Virus record (IMG/VR): IMGVR_UViG_3300035645_000269
Length of the DNA stretch: 64,000 nt
DNA from: a virus
Direction: 5' to 3' (one strand)
A model generated the notes under the pieces. That model saw only the letters and a program-made list of their open reading frames with translations. It searched no databases and was not told where the DNA came from. Made by a program: the position numbers and the translations under genes. How positions within the stretch are numbered: the stretch's first letter is position 1; each line of letters opens with the position of its first letter. This document shows, one piece after another, positions 1 to 10,800 of this stretch.

Positions 1-41
1 TAACACAACCGTTAGCAAATTCTTCTACGTTCATATTTTAA

Positions 42-530
42 TTAATACCTTTTAAAAGAGTTATAAAATAGTTCTACAAATTGTTCCGGCGTATTGATTT
101 CGCGTTTTTGAAACCTTACCGCCTTAATATACTCCGGCTTCGACAAAGAGGTACTAACGCCGGGGGCTTCTTCTTTCCATTCCATACCTACCCTAAAGCC
201 GTAACCGTCAAAAATACCAAATACCCGATAAACCTTACCGCCTTCCAGCCATTCCAAAGAGAAAGCCCCGTTTTGCGGGTTCATAGAAATACTGTTAAGC
301 GGTTGCTTCTTAATTACACGCAGAAAATCGCCTTTAAATACCTGCCAGCGACAACGGTTGTACGCTTCATCAAGACGAAGCCCGCCCCATTCGATATTTA
401 CGTGCCCGGCTTCCGCATCTGCATTATTTATCCAATTATCGGCTACCAAACGTTCAGACCAGCCGTTAGCGTTTAAATATTGCTTCTTTTCAGCGTTGGA
501 AATTGCAGTAGATGCTATTATATGCTTCAT
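42..530 (-). CDS. hypothetical phage protein (162 aa)
   Basis: Long ORF in the six-frame track with coding-like composition. No motif recognised. Confidence 0.35.
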   Translation of the reverse strand: MKHIIASTAISNAEKKQYLNANGWSERLVADNWINNADAEAGHVNIEWGGLRLDEAYNRCRWQVFKGDFLRVIKKQPLNSISMNPQNGAFSLEWLEGGKVYRVFGIFDGYGFRVGMEWKEEAPGVSTSLSKPEYIKAVRFQKREINTPEQFVELFYNSFKRY

Positions 531-949
531 CCTTGACTATACTTAGTTTCAACTTCAACATGGGAAATCCGTGTATCGACAATTTCGCCCGTTTCAGATA
601 CATACGGTTGTACCTCTACGCAGCCTTTGAAGATTACGGACGTACAAAACTTAACGGCAAATTCTTTCAGTTGCGCCGTTATAGCAAGTTCTAAATTAGC
701 CTTAGCACTAAAGAAGGCTTCTTCCGGTGTGATTTGTTTTTCTTCCATACAAACAACTATTTATCAGACACAAAAGTAAACCTTAGTTTTGATATATCCA
801 AAATTGCGCACTAAAGGCGGAGACGCAAAAAAGGGGCAATAGCAGCCATACAATAGCAGGCGTTACCGTCCCCAATGGTACAATCATAACCAAACGTTAC
901 CAAGCATTACCAACCGGAAAAAGCAATAGCGAAAAATGCTCAAAACGTA

Positions 950-1201
950 TTACTTTAATTCGTCTTCCTTCTTTCCCGACAACCTACTATCTTCATCAAG
1001 CCAACGCGTCCGGCGTTCAAGCCCGGAAACTTTCAACCGTTGTATAGCAGTATTAACATAGATACGGGTTAGTTCTTCGGCTTTTTCTTTCCTTTTAGCT
1101 CTGTTCCGCCTTGCGCTTGCTATACGAGCCACAAGAACAATAAAAAGAGCCAGTACAAAGCACGCAAGCGCAATAAAGCCCAAAATAGTTTCTACTTCCA
1201 T
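950..1201 (-). CDS. small membrane protein (one TM helix, basic C-terminus)
   Basis: Hydrophobic segment ILGFIALACFVLALFIVLVA followed by an R/K-rich tail. Start overlaps the stop of the upstream lipoprotein gene (ATGA at 1201). Confidence 0.4.
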   Translation of the reverse strand: MEVETILGFIALACFVLALFIVLVARIASARRNRAKRKEKAEELTRIYVNTAIQRLKVSGLERRTRWLDEDSRLSGKKEDELK

Positions 1202-1674
1202 TATTCCACGTCTATTACTTCTACAATACTTTCGACTTCAACCCATTTGTTATGGTCTTTACTTGAAAGGTCAAACGATACACTTAACGTACATTGCCCG
1301 GATTTCTTAGGAGAATATGCGATAGTAAAAGGCTGGGTGGTAGAAATGCCGATTACTTCATTTCCAACGTTGGGTGTGTTTAAGTAGTAGGTAACTTTTT
1401 CAACAGAACCGTTTATAATTTTCATTAATTCAGTGTCAGACAAACAGAACGGCGCAAAATTCACAGAATACGTACGCCCAACATAAACGCTATTCAGTTG
1501 TTCAATACTCCCAACTTCACTAAAAAAGGCAGAAGCCCGGACGGTTGTAGAAAGGTAGTTTGGTTCTTCTTCGGGTTCATTACTTGAGGTTGAGCAACCG
1601 GAAAGTAACAAACCCGGAAGGAGCAGGAAGGAAAGTAATAACTTCTTCATTTTATTTGCTAACTTTGCACCCAC
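1201..1674 (-). CDS. lipoprotein (signal peptide plus lipobox LLSGC)
   Basis: N-terminus MKKLLLSFLLLPGLLLSGCSTSS is a lipoprotein signal. Translationally coupled to the small TM protein downstream. Confidence 0.5.
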   Translation of the reverse strand: MGAKLANKMKKLLLSFLLLPGLLLSGCSTSSNEPEEEPNYLSTTVRASAFFSEVGSIEQLNSVYVGRTYSVNFAPFCLSDTELMKIINGSVEKVTYYLNTPNVGNEVIGISTTQPFTIAYSPKKSGQCTLSVSFDLSSKDHNKWVEVESIVEVIDVE

Positions 1675-1959
1675 CGCCCGAAGCAGATGTTACACTTTAC
1701 TACATAAAGAAAGCGCGGACTATATAGGTTTACATATTTGAGGCATCGCCAAACGCCCAACGAAAATAAACCGTATAGCCGCGCTTAGCCGATATATCAA
1801 GCATGGATATACGACACCAGCGCGTTAAAAGGCTCTTTTCGTTATTTGTTAATTTGGCGATTTTCAAATATAAAGACCTAACGCTTTCCATTCATTACCG
1901 GATTTCTCCCCGATAACAAGCGCAAAGGTATCAAATAATTAGCACAGTGCAAACAAAAA

Positions 1960-2100
1960 CATACAATTAGCCAAAACAACCGAAAACAACCGGGCGGTTG
2001 ATTTTTCAACCGAAACAACCGAAGGGTTGAAAAAACAAGCGAAAACAACCGAAAACAACATTGATATGATATGTAATGATATGATTTAATAATTATCTTT
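1960..2100. repeat. iteron-like direct repeats (GAAAACAACCG x4-5) with short palindromes, in a divergent intergenic region
   Basis: Read directly: ccgaaaacaaccgaaaacaaccgggcggttg...caaccgaaacaaccgaagggttg...gcgaaaacaaccgaaaacaac, followed by gatatgatatgtaatgatatga. Confidence 0.5.
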
Positions 2101-2347
2101 CTCTTCTTCATTGATGGCGTGCGCGCGAGAGAAAACGCAAAGGGAAAATGAAGCGATTTAAGGCACGTCTGTATGACCGGACAATTAAATACACACAAAA
2201 GCAAACAAAATTCAATAGCGGGCAAATGAACGGGCAATGTGGCGGTTTTATACGCCTGTTGCTCACCGCCTATTCTTTTTCAGAATTGGAAGTTTCGGTG
2301 AAGTGTTTGCTTCCTATTTCTTAATCCGTATTACCTTAATACGTTAC

Positions 2348-2355
2348 CTTTGCTT
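2348..2355 (+). promoter_or_regulatory. Bacteroides-type -7 element TAccTTTG upstream of the late operon
   Basis: TAnnTTTG motif (tacctttg) about 20 nt upstream of the ATG at 2375. An established Bacteroides sigma-A consensus. Single motif match only. Confidence 0.3.
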
Positions 2356-2374
2356 CGGTTTAACAAAATAGTTT

Positions 2375-3091
2375 ATGAACGAATTACAAGAACAAATCTT
2401 AGCACTACTTGTGGCAAAGTTCCAAGGCGTGCGCAAAGACGGGTTACAGCATTTGGCAGCCGCTATCGGCTTACAAGTCGCTACCATAGAAGAAGCTAAC
2501 GGAGTTGTAGATAAACTTACCGCCGACAAAGTTAGCCAGTACGTAACAGATTGGCGTAAGGTTGCAGACGCGGAAATAAGCAAGGCAAACCAAACCTACG
2601 AAAACAGCCTTAAAGAAAAGTATGATTTCGTGGAGAAGGGAAAGCCGACCCCGCCGCCGACACCACCAACACCACCTGCACCGGGCGGAGCGATAACGCT
2701 CGACGCGATAAGCAAACTTATTGACGAAAAACTTTCGGGCGTGCAAAGCAGCATTACCGAGATTAACGCTAATAAGGCGGCAACTTCGCGACGTGAACTA
2801 TTTGTAGCGGAATTGGATAACGCGAAGATTGAGGGGAAGACCCGCGAAGTGATGTTAAAGAACTTCGACCGGGCTAACACCTTTGCGAGCGACGAAGATT
2901 TCAACAGCTACCTAACCGAAGCGAAAGGCGACATCGCAGCCTTAGCGCAAGAACGCGCAGACGCAGGACTGCAAGGACACGATAAGCCGATTTTTGGAGC
3001 CGTGAACAAAGAAGGCGTAAGCAGTGGCGTAGCAGACTACATCAAAGCGCAGACCGAGAGTAAGACAGCCTTAACGGGCAAAGAAGTTTAA
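2375..3091 (+). CDS. scaffolding-like protein with Pro/Thr-rich linker
   Basis: 238 aa, helical N and C parts separated by PTPPPTPPTPPAPGG. Position immediately upstream of the capsid genes. Confidence 0.4.
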   Translation: MNELQEQILALLVAKFQGVRKDGLQHLAAAIGLQVATIEEANGVVDKLTADKVSQYVTDWRKVADAEISKANQTYENSLKEKYDFVEKGKPTPPPTPPTPPAPGGAITLDAISKLIDEKLSGVQSSITEINANKAATSRRELFVAELDNAKIEGKTREVMLKNFDRANTFASDEDFNSYLTEAKGDIAALAQERADAGLQGHDKPIFGAVNKEGVSSGVADYIKAQTESKTALTGKEV

Positions 3092-3111
3092 CCGTAAATT
3101 CATTCTTTACA

Positions 3112-3699
3112 ATGGGATTGAAGATAGACAGAAAGCAGGACAAACGTGTAGTACACGCTTGTACGCACATGCTGGCGGACATTCCTAACGGCGTTACCGT
3201 TTGCTCTTCCGAATTGGTTGCGGGCGGTATCTTGCAGGAAGGGACGGTATTAGGCGGCAAAGACGCTGCCGGGCTTTACCACGTAGTAAAGACCGCAAGG
3301 CTTACCGAAACCGCTACCGCCACTACAAAAGCCTACAAGGTGGCGAAAGGACATCATTTCAAAGTAGGCGATTTTATCATGTTGAAAGTAGGCGCAAAGG
3401 CTTACAAGATTACATCTATCAACACGTCAGAAACGCTTTACGACACCATCAACGTAGGCACTACTTTAGGAGAAACCGCCCCAGCAGGCGCAGCCCTTGT
3501 ACTTGCCGCCGCTGAAAGTGCGGACGCTACAAGCGCATTCAAGTACGTGCCTAAAGCCATGACGGGCGACAGCTACGACGTGGAAGCCCTTAACAACCAC
3601 TTTGTAACAGCGGTTACTATCGGGCAGTTCAAAGAGAGTGTTATCCCGGCAGTAAGCGACGACATTAAAGCCGCTTTACCCGGTATCAGTTTAATTTAA
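3112..3699 (+). CDS. capsid-associated protein (possible head decoration or protease-like)
   Basis: 195 aa Ala/Thr/Gly-rich ORF between the scaffold-like gene and the capsid gene. Function assigned by synteny only. Confidence 0.3.
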   Translation: MGLKIDRKQDKRVVHACTHMLADIPNGVTVCSSELVAGGILQEGTVLGGKDAAGLYHVVKTARLTETATATTKAYKVAKGHHFKVGDFIMLKVGAKAYKITSINTSETLYDTINVGTTLGETAPAGAALVLAAAESADATSAFKYVPKAMTGDSYDVEALNNHFVTAVTIGQFKESVIPAVSDDIKAALPGISLI

Positions 3700-3713
3700 T
3701 TGGGCTCTAAGTT

Positions 3714-4817
3714 ATGATTAAGACTTTAATGCGCGGTCTTGTAGAGAAAGACATGCAAGCCGTGATTAATACTTACGATTTGAAGCCCTACTACTATCCT
3801 ACGCTTTTCCCGTTGAAGGAAACCTATACCTTGACATGGAAGGCTTTGGAAGCGCAGGTAGGGCTTAAAATAGCCGCCGACTTGGTGGCACGTGGGGCGA
3901 CCATTGACAAAAAGACCCGCGATGCGATTGCACGTTTACAAGGGGACATCCCGAAGATTGCCGTAAAGCGCACCAAGAACGAAGACGAACTTACGGACTA
4001 CGAAGTAATGTTAGCCATGACTTCGCAGAACCCCGACCTTCGCGCGTTGGTTGAAGCATGGGCAGAAGACACTAATTTCTGCTGGACGGCGGTAGCCGCC
4101 CGTTTGGAATGGATGGCTTTGCAGGAAATCTCTTTAGGTAAGATTACGCTTACCAACGAAAACAACGGTTCAGTAATCAGCGAATACGATGTAGATTACC
4201 AAATCCCAGCCGAAAGAAAGTTAGGCTTCCAAACCGGCTCGGCTTCTTGGGCTACTTCCGCTTCCGCGAAACCTATCTCTAAGGATTTCAAGAACGTTGT
4301 AAAGGCAGCGAAGAAAGAGGGCGTATCTTTGAAATTCGCGTTTATGTCCCTTGACACGTTCGCGACTTTCGCGGAAACCGCAGAAGTACAGAAAATCTGC
4401 GCTTCCTTCGCCGTGAACGCCTTGAACCTCCAGCAAACACCAAGCCTTGAACAAGTAAACAGCGCAATGAAAACGCTTCCCTACTTGAAGGGTTTGCAGC
4501 TTGTTGTGATTGACCAAGATATTACCGTAGAACTTCCCAACGGTGACAGATACACCGGAAACCCGTTTACCGAGAACGTGGTACTGTTCACGGAAAGCAA
4601 AGTATTGGGACAAACCTACTGGAAGAAGCCCGCAGACATGAACGTAAAAGGTTCAGTAGCGATTAAGGCTTTGAACGGTCACACCCTTATAAAGAAGTTC
4701 GCTAACGAAGAACCTTTGGAAGAGGTTACTATGGGTATCGCAAACGCTTTCCCGGCGTGGCTTTCTTCTTCCCGTTCTTGGTTGATGGCTACCGACAGCA
4801 ACACATGGAATCACTAA
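3714..4817 (+). CDS. major capsid protein
   Basis: 367 aa ORF in the canonical position after scaffold and decoration genes, followed by a strong hairpin. Assigned by size and synteny. Confidence 0.5.
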   Translation: MIKTLMRGLVEKDMQAVINTYDLKPYYYPTLFPLKETYTLTWKALEAQVGLKIAADLVARGATIDKKTRDAIARLQGDIPKIAVKRTKNEDELTDYEVMLAMTSQNPDLRALVEAWAEDTNFCWTAVAARLEWMALQEISLGKITLTNENNGSVISEYDVDYQIPAERKLGFQTGSASWATSASAKPISKDFKNVVKAAKKEGVSLKFAFMSLDTFATFAETAEVQKICASFAVNALNLQQTPSLEQVNSAMKTLPYLKGLQLVVIDQDITVELPNGDRYTGNPFTENVVLFTESKVLGQTYWKKPADMNVKGSVAIKALNGHTLIKKFANEEPLEEVTMGIANAFPAWLSSSRSWLMATDSNTWNH

Positions 4818-4821
4818 CCGA

Positions 4822-4853
4822 TACCGGAAAGGCTTAGCGGTCTTTCCGGTTAA
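4822..4853 (+). terminator. hairpin terminator after capsid gene
   Basis: ccggaaaggcttagcggtctttccgg inverted repeat directly after the stop codon. Confidence 0.45.
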
Positions 4854-4864
4854 TAACTTAGCTT

Positions 4865-5176
4865 ATGACGTACAAAGAATGGTTTACCCGGACTACGGCG
4901 CGTTTCGACATTGAAAGCGCGGACGTGGAGCTAATTTTAGCCAACCAGCAGAATACAATCCACGACCCGGAAGAAGCGGTAGATGTAGTAACCGCCAAAC
5001 GTGCACTTTGCGCCGAATTTGGGACTATCATACCACTTGCCAATGTCGGCGAAGGGGGGTATTCCGTAAGTTGGAACTGGGAAGCTATAAAGTTTTGGTA
5101 TAACCAGACTTGCGGCGAATTGGGCATAACCCCAGTTACTACGCCAAAGGTCAGAAACAGAAGTAACAGATGGTAA
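4865..5176 (+). CDS. head-tail connector/adaptor protein (103 aa)
   Basis: Small ORF, position between the capsid gene and the major tail gene. Confidence 0.3.
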   Translation: MTYKEWFTRTTARFDIESADVELILANQQNTIHDPEEAVDVVTAKRALCAEFGTIIPLANVGEGGYSVSWNWEAIKFWYNQTCGELGITPVTTPKVRNRSNRW

Positions 5177-5565
5177 CGGACGTAGCAAGCAGACAATACC
5201 CGCATTACCTATACAAGCGTACAAGCAACGGCGAAGCCGTGCAGGACGCTAACGGTAGTTGGAAGGCTTTCGACGCGGAATGGACGCTACACAGCATTTG
5301 CCGCGAGGAAACCAACGGGAAGGGTACGCAGATACAAGCCGCGAACGGGAAGTTTGTTACGTTCGCTTCGCTAATACAGATACCTAAAGGCGTGCAACGC
5401 ATACCCGAAGGCATGGAAATAGCGGTAGCGGATGAGCCGTTAGAGCCTTCACGGTTGCTTAACCAAGAAACAATGGAAGAAGCTAAGATTTCGGGAATAA
5501 TTAGGATTTCCGGCGTTTGCTTGAAATTCGACAAAGGGCGTTTGCATTGCAGGTTATGGGTTTAG
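5170..5565 (+). CDS. head-tail adaptor protein (131 aa)
   Basis: Small ORF with overlapping start, position between the capsid gene and the major tail gene. Confidence 0.3.
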   Translation: MVTDVASRQYPHYLYKRTSNGEAVQDANGSWKAFDAEWTLHSICREETNGKGTQIQAANGKFVTFASLIQIPKGVQRIPEGMEIAVADEPLEPSRLLNQETMEEAKISGIIRISGVCLKFDKGRLHCRLWV

Positions 5566-6017
5566 AAACGAAATTCACGGGAGATATAGACGGCATGTTT
5601 AAAGCCTTCCTTCTTGAAGTGGAAAGGCAGATAATAGAAAGCCTTTGCCGTATAGGGGAAGAAGCCGTAAGCATGGCGAAGACCATACCCCCGGAACGCG
5701 GTTTTACAGACCGTACCGGAAATTTACGGTCTTCGATTGGCTACGTAGTCTTCAAAGACGGCAAGCCCGTTAATATCGCCTTTGAAGCGGTAAAGGGCGG
5801 TCACGTCGGAGTACACGAAGGACAACGTTTAGCCCAGCAGATCGGCGAAAACTATACCGACGGTTATACGCTGGTTGTAGTAGCCGGAATGAACTACGCC
5901 GTTCACGTAGAAAGCAAGGGGCGCGATGTTCTTACTTCCGCCGAGAAACAAGCCGAAAAAGCCATAGCTAAGGAACTTGCAGATTTAGTTACCAACATTA
6001 AAGACGCGTTCAAATGA
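5517..6017 (+). CDS. head-tail joining protein (166 aa)
   Basis: Small ORF with overlapping start, position between the capsid gene and the major tail gene. Confidence 0.3.
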   Translation: MLEIRQRAFALQVMGLETKFTGDIDGMFKAFLLEVERQIIESLCRIGEEAVSMAKTIPPERGFTDRTGNLRSSIGYVVFKDGKPVNIAFEAVKGGHVGVHEGQRLAQQIGENYTDGYTLVVVAGMNYAVHVESKGRDVLTSAEKQAEKAIAKELADLVTNIKDAFK

Positions 6018-6430
6018 AATATTGCAGCAGTATAGATACAGACGACATTCTTTTTAAGATTGTTTCGGAAGCGGTCACTTCCGGCAAAGTTGTTATAAAC
6101 GGCGGCGTTTTCACACAAGGCGAAAGACCGGACGACAGCGAAGCCGAGGACATCGTGATAAATACCATTACGGTAACGCACGACAAACCGCAAACGGGCA
6201 CTTCCAACGTGAATATTTACGCGAAGGATTTGAAGCTGCGGATTAAGGGCAAAGAGCAGCGCAAAGCCGACCGGGAACGCCTGCGAACCATAGGCAACGC
6301 GCTTGTAGCTTATTTGGACACGCAGAACATTGCAGACCTCGAATATTGGATAGAGAGCGACATCGTAATAAAAGAGCTTGAAGTAAACCAGCATTACCGG
6401 AACATTAGAATAAGTTGGAATATTCATTAA
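6014..6430 (+). CDS. tail completion protein (138 aa)
   Basis: Small ORF with overlapping start, position between the capsid gene and the major tail gene. Confidence 0.3.
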   Translation: MKYCSSIDTDDILFKIVSEAVTSGKVVINGGVFTQGERPDDSEAEDIVINTITVTHDKPQTGTSNVNIYAKDLKLRIKGKEQRKADRERLRTIGNALVAYLDTQNIADLEYWIESDIVIKELEVNQHYRNIRISWNIH

Positions 6431-6442
6431 ATTTTTATCAGT

Positions 6443-6967
6443 ATGGCAACATTAGTAACATTGGGTCTTTCCAAGATTTTAGGTAAGGTGGGAGAACCTA
6501 CGGCTTTAAACTTTACCGAAACTGGCTATACGGCATTCGGACTTACATACGAAGATACCTGCAAGATGTCACAGGAAGACCCGGAAGTAACCGAGTTCTA
6601 CGCAGAGGAAGAAGACGACCCGGTAGAAACCGTAGAGAAGCAAGGTAAAATAACCTTTACCTTCTCAATCATGAACCCCGACCTCCCCGTACTAAAACGG
6701 CTTTTCGGGGGCGAAATAGCTTCCGACATTTGGAGTTATCCCGATGCAGTAAATACCGTAGAGGAATCTATTATCATCCTTCCGAAAAAAGGTTTGAAGT
6801 TCCAAGTTCCACGCATGAAACTTGTAGCCAAAATTAATGGCGAGTTCAGTAAAAAGGGCTTGCTTCTTATCGAGGTTACGGGAACTGTGATGAAACCCAC
6901 AACTTCGGGATTGAAGAAAATGGCGGTAGGCAAAGTTTCAGCTTCTACGGCTTCCGTTTCTTCTTAA
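6443..6967 (+). CDS. major tail protein
   Basis: 174 aa ORF directly upstream of the chaperone and tape measure genes. Strong hairpin plus T-run follows at about 7000-7040. Confidence 0.45.
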   Translation: MATLVTLGLSKILGKVGEPTALNFTETGYTAFGLTYEDTCKMSQEDPEVTEFYAEEEDDPVETVEKQGKITFTFSIMNPDLPVLKRLFGGEIASDIWSYPDAVNTVEESIIILPKKGLKFQVPRMKLVAKINGEFSKKGLLLIEVTGTVMKPTTSGLKKMAVGKVSASTASVSS

Positions 6968-7045
6968 TACCGGATTGATAACATCATTTTCATTAACCGG
7001 AAGCCCCGTTTACTTTGTTTTCGGGGCTTCTTTTATATTCAGACA

Positions 7046-7618
7046 ATGGATTACAACGATAAGTTAGAAGCCTTAGAACGCGAACAAAGCGAATTAAGGC
7101 AGATGATAGGCGAAGGTATAACGTTTGACGTTGAAGTAACCTATACCCGCCGGAAGCCCGGCTTATTGGGCTTCTTCCGTAAACGCGAAAAGATTACCGA
7201 AAAGAAAGTATTCCGGGTTCAAGAGCCTACGCTGGCAACGCTTGACCGACTTAGCGCGCTTTGGCTACAAATGTCGATAGACGAAACCAAATTGAGCGAC
7301 GAAGACTATTTCAAGACCGCAAAGAAAATGGCAGCGCAGGAAGCCCGGAAACTTGCGCAGGTAGTAGCGGTTGCAGTATTGGGCGAAGACTATTACGACG
7401 TAACGGACAAAGGTGGCTATTTGGTACGCAAGCCCAATGAAACCCGCTTAGCCCGGCTTACTTCCCTTTTCCTTCATACCGTAACGCCTTCCCAACTTCT
7501 TACGCTCGCGATATTGATTACCAACGTAAGCAATTTAGGGGATTTTATAAACTCTATAAGATTGATGAGCGCAACGCGCACAAGCGACCCGACACAACTT
7601 ATAGAGCAACCGGGTTAA
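7046..7618 (+). CDS. tail assembly chaperone (G-like)
   Basis: 190 aa ORF between the major tail and tape measure genes. An overlapping -1 frame is open from 7441 to 7833. Confidence 0.5.
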   Translation: MDYNDKLEALEREQSELRQMIGEGITFDVEVTYTRRKPGLLGFFRKREKITEKKVFRVQEPTLATLDRLSALWLQMSIDETKLSDEDYFKTAKKMAAQEARKLAQVVAVAVLGEDYYDVTDKGGYLVRKPNETRLARLTSLFLHTVTPSQLLTLAILITNVSNLGDFINSIRLMSATRTSDPTQLIEQPG

Positions 7619-7833
7619 AAAGCCCACACGGTCGCCGGGGGTCGGTTTGCGCGCACTTCGGCTGGACGTTGGATTACCTTCTACACGGGATTTCGTGGGG
7701 AACGGTTCAGAGAATGATAGTAGATGCACCGGGAGCAGAGGAAGAAGACACGAAACCGGGAACGACGGAAGTAGTGCTTACCGAAGAAAACGCGGGCGAA
7801 GTATTGGACTTAATAAATAAACTTAACCGATAA
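7441..7833 (+). other. open -1 frame overlapping the chaperone 3' end and ending at the tape measure ATG (candidate G/GT-type frameshift extension)
   Basis: I checked codon by codon: frame 1 has no stop from 7441 to the TAA at 7831-7833, which overlaps the tape measure ATG (TAATG). Confidence 0.4.
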
Positions 7834-10800
7834 TGAACATACAAGGTGGCGGTTTGTCCTTTGAGATTTCGGGAAGCAACGATAAGTTGTTATCGGTACT
7901 TAACGAAAGCAAGAAGGCGATACAGAATTTTAGCACGGCGGCAGTTTCCGGCGGAAAGGGCATAGATAGAGCCTTTGAGAACGCAGCCGCCGCTATTGAA
8001 AAAGGCTTTGCAGACATTGACCGGATTGTAGATACGAACAAGGCTTCATTAGCCAAGTTGCAGGAAGAATACAAACGACTAAGTTCGGAAGCTGCAAAGG
8101 CTTTCAGCGAAGCGCGAGATGCGGACTACCGACGTTACATAGAAGCCGCAAAAAACATACAATCGGAAATAACTCTGCGCGAAAAACTGATTAACGAAGC
8201 GCAGGCTTCCGCCGACCAGCTTCTACAAGAAGAAAAGGCTTTAAAGAAGCAGAAGGAAACAGCCGAGAAAAACGTGAGCACGCAGATTTCATTAAGAACC
8301 CAGCTACGCAACGTTCGCGAAGAACTTGCGCTTTTGGAAGCCAACGGACAGCGCGGAACGGAAGCCTTCAAGAAGTTGCAGCAGGAAGCCGGACGGCTTA
8401 CCGACGCGATAGGCGACGCTACGACGCAGGCACGTATATTCTCCCATGACAACCGGGGATTGCAGGGTATGATTTCCGGGCTTAGCGGTGTGGTAGGCGC
8501 GTTCAGTGCGGCACAAGGCGCGGTAGCGTTGTTTGCCGGGGAAAACGAAGACTTACAGAAAGTAATGCTAAAGGTTCAAAGCCTTATGAGTATTACGATA
8601 GGTTTGCAACAAGTGGCGAACACCATAAACAAGGATAGTGCCTTTATGCTTACGACCGTAGCGAAAGCGAAAGAACTGTTAGCGGCGGCAACCAACAAAT
8701 TAACCATAGCTTTAGGCGGTTCAACCATTGCGGCAAAGGCGTTGATGGCTACACTTACTTTGGGGCTTTCCGTCGCTATTACCGTGATTATAGCGGCACT
8801 TTCTAAACTTCAAAGCAAGCAGGCGGAAGCCAAGAAAGCACAAGAAGAATTTAACAAGAAGGTATCAGAAGCAGCCGGGAAACCCGTAGCAGCTTACCGT
8901 GCATTGCAAACGGAATGGATTAGCCTTAGCGGTTCACTGAAAGAACGCGAAAAATGGGTGCAGGACAACGCCGACAATTTCAAAGAATTAGGCTTTTCAG
9001 TCCGTGACGCGAAGGAAGCCGAAGAACTGTTAGTTAGTAATAGTTCCAAATTTGTAGAAGCGATGATGTTGCGGGCTAAAGCCGCCGCTACAAGCGAACT
9101 TGCGATAGAAAAGTACAAGGCAGTAATAGAAGCGCAAAACAAGCTGGACGCAACCCCAAAAGCATACGTTTCCAAAAAAGGTACATATACGGACGGGTAT
9201 GGAGTAAAACGGAAAGGTACGGTATTGGAAAAAAGCGATACATGGAAAGAAGCCGAAGAAGCCTTAACGAAAGCCGAAGCCGAGTATAACAAACTTATCA
9301 ACCTGCAAGTAAGTTTTACCCAGCAGGAGAAGCAGATATTAGCGCAGATAGGCAACCAAGCCGGGAAAATTATAGCCGGAAGCGTGGAAGCCGCCGAAAA
9401 GGAGTTGGCACGGTTGCAGGAACTATACAAGAAGGCAGGTTCAGACAAAGAACGCGCCAGCTTGAAAAAACAGATAGAAGCGCAACAGAAGGAAGTAAAC
9501 CGGATAAGCCTTTCTTCCGGTAGCAAGAAAGAAAAAGACCCGTATTTGGAAATGCTGACGAAGCGAAAAGAAAAGTACGCGGATTATTTGAAATGGGTAA
9601 CAAGCAAGGATGAAACATTGAGAATGGCGGCAAATACCGAGTTTGCCACACTGTTGAAAGAAGGTACAAGCTACCTCGATTATCTGGAAAATAAACGTGC
9701 GGACATTCAAGCGAAAGCAACCAAAACAACAACCGACCTAAAGAACCTTAGCACGCTTAACAATGAGATAGCCAAGACCACGAAGGAAACGGTTATTTCG
9801 GACTTTGACAAAAAGCTGCAAGAAGAATTAGCGGCGTGCCAAACAATAGGCGCACGTTTAGACCTGCTGGAGCAACGAAGGAAGGAACTTAGCGGCGATA
9901 ATTCCGACGTGGATAACGCCAAGAAGGATATTATAGACGACGCCAAGAAAGACACTTTACAGCAAGCTAAGGAAGAAACAAAACAGTTACTAAGAGAGTA
10001 CGCCGGGTATTTGTCCGATAAGCTGGATTTTGAAGAAAGCTATGCATGGAAGAAACAAGCGATTACAGATAAGTTAGCCAAAGCCACCACCAGCAAGGAC
10101 AAACAAGTAGCCGAAGCTGCTTTAGCTGCATTGGAAAAGAAACGGGCGGAATACTCAAAGCTGACCGGAAATGAGCAATACGACCAACTTTTACAACAAT
10201 ACAAAACGTACCAGCAGCAACAAACCGAGATAATGAAGACGTACGCGGCGCAACGTGTTGAAGCCGAAAAGCAGGGAAATATAGCGATGATAGCGCAAAT
10301 AAACGCGAAAGAGCAAGCAGAGTTAAGCAAACTTGCAGCTTCCCGCCTTATGGCTTCCGAAAGCTGGAACCAGCTTTTCAGCGACCTAAGCACGCTTACG
10401 ACTAACACGATAAACAAGCTGATTACCGACATAAACAGCAAGAAGGTATCGCTTTCCGCACAGTTCAACCCGGCAGATCTGAAAGCCATTAACGACCAGT
10501 TGGAGAAGGCGAAGGACGAACTACACGAGCGTAACCCCTTCCTCGCCTTGAAGGACAGCTTAGCGGAACTGCGCGCCGCCATGAAAGCCGACAAACTATT
10601 AGAAAGCGACGACCCGTTTGTTAAGAGTTTGGAAGAAAGAAAAAAGCAGTACCAAGCCTATACGGACACCATAAATAGCGGTGACGAAATATTAGCTGGC
10701 GCGGCAAAAGAAGCGTTCGCGGAACTTCTTAGCGAAGGTTCTTCCTATGTTGATTACCTACGCCGGAAGATAGCCGAACTCAACAAACAGAAAGCCACAA

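Noticed and set aside
1960-2100. Possible CRISPR array
   Set aside because: Units are only about 11 nt with irregular, near-zero spacers, and there are no cas genes. Iterons fit better.
1878-2237. 119-aa minus-strand ORF
   Set aside because: It lies across the iteron-like repeat block and the divergent promoter region. Cys/Phe/Leu-rich low-complexity translation. Treated as non-coding.
3201-3515. Arg-rich 104-aa + strand ORF
   Set aside because: Alternate frame of the 3112..3699 gene. Extreme Arg content is typical of an off-frame read.
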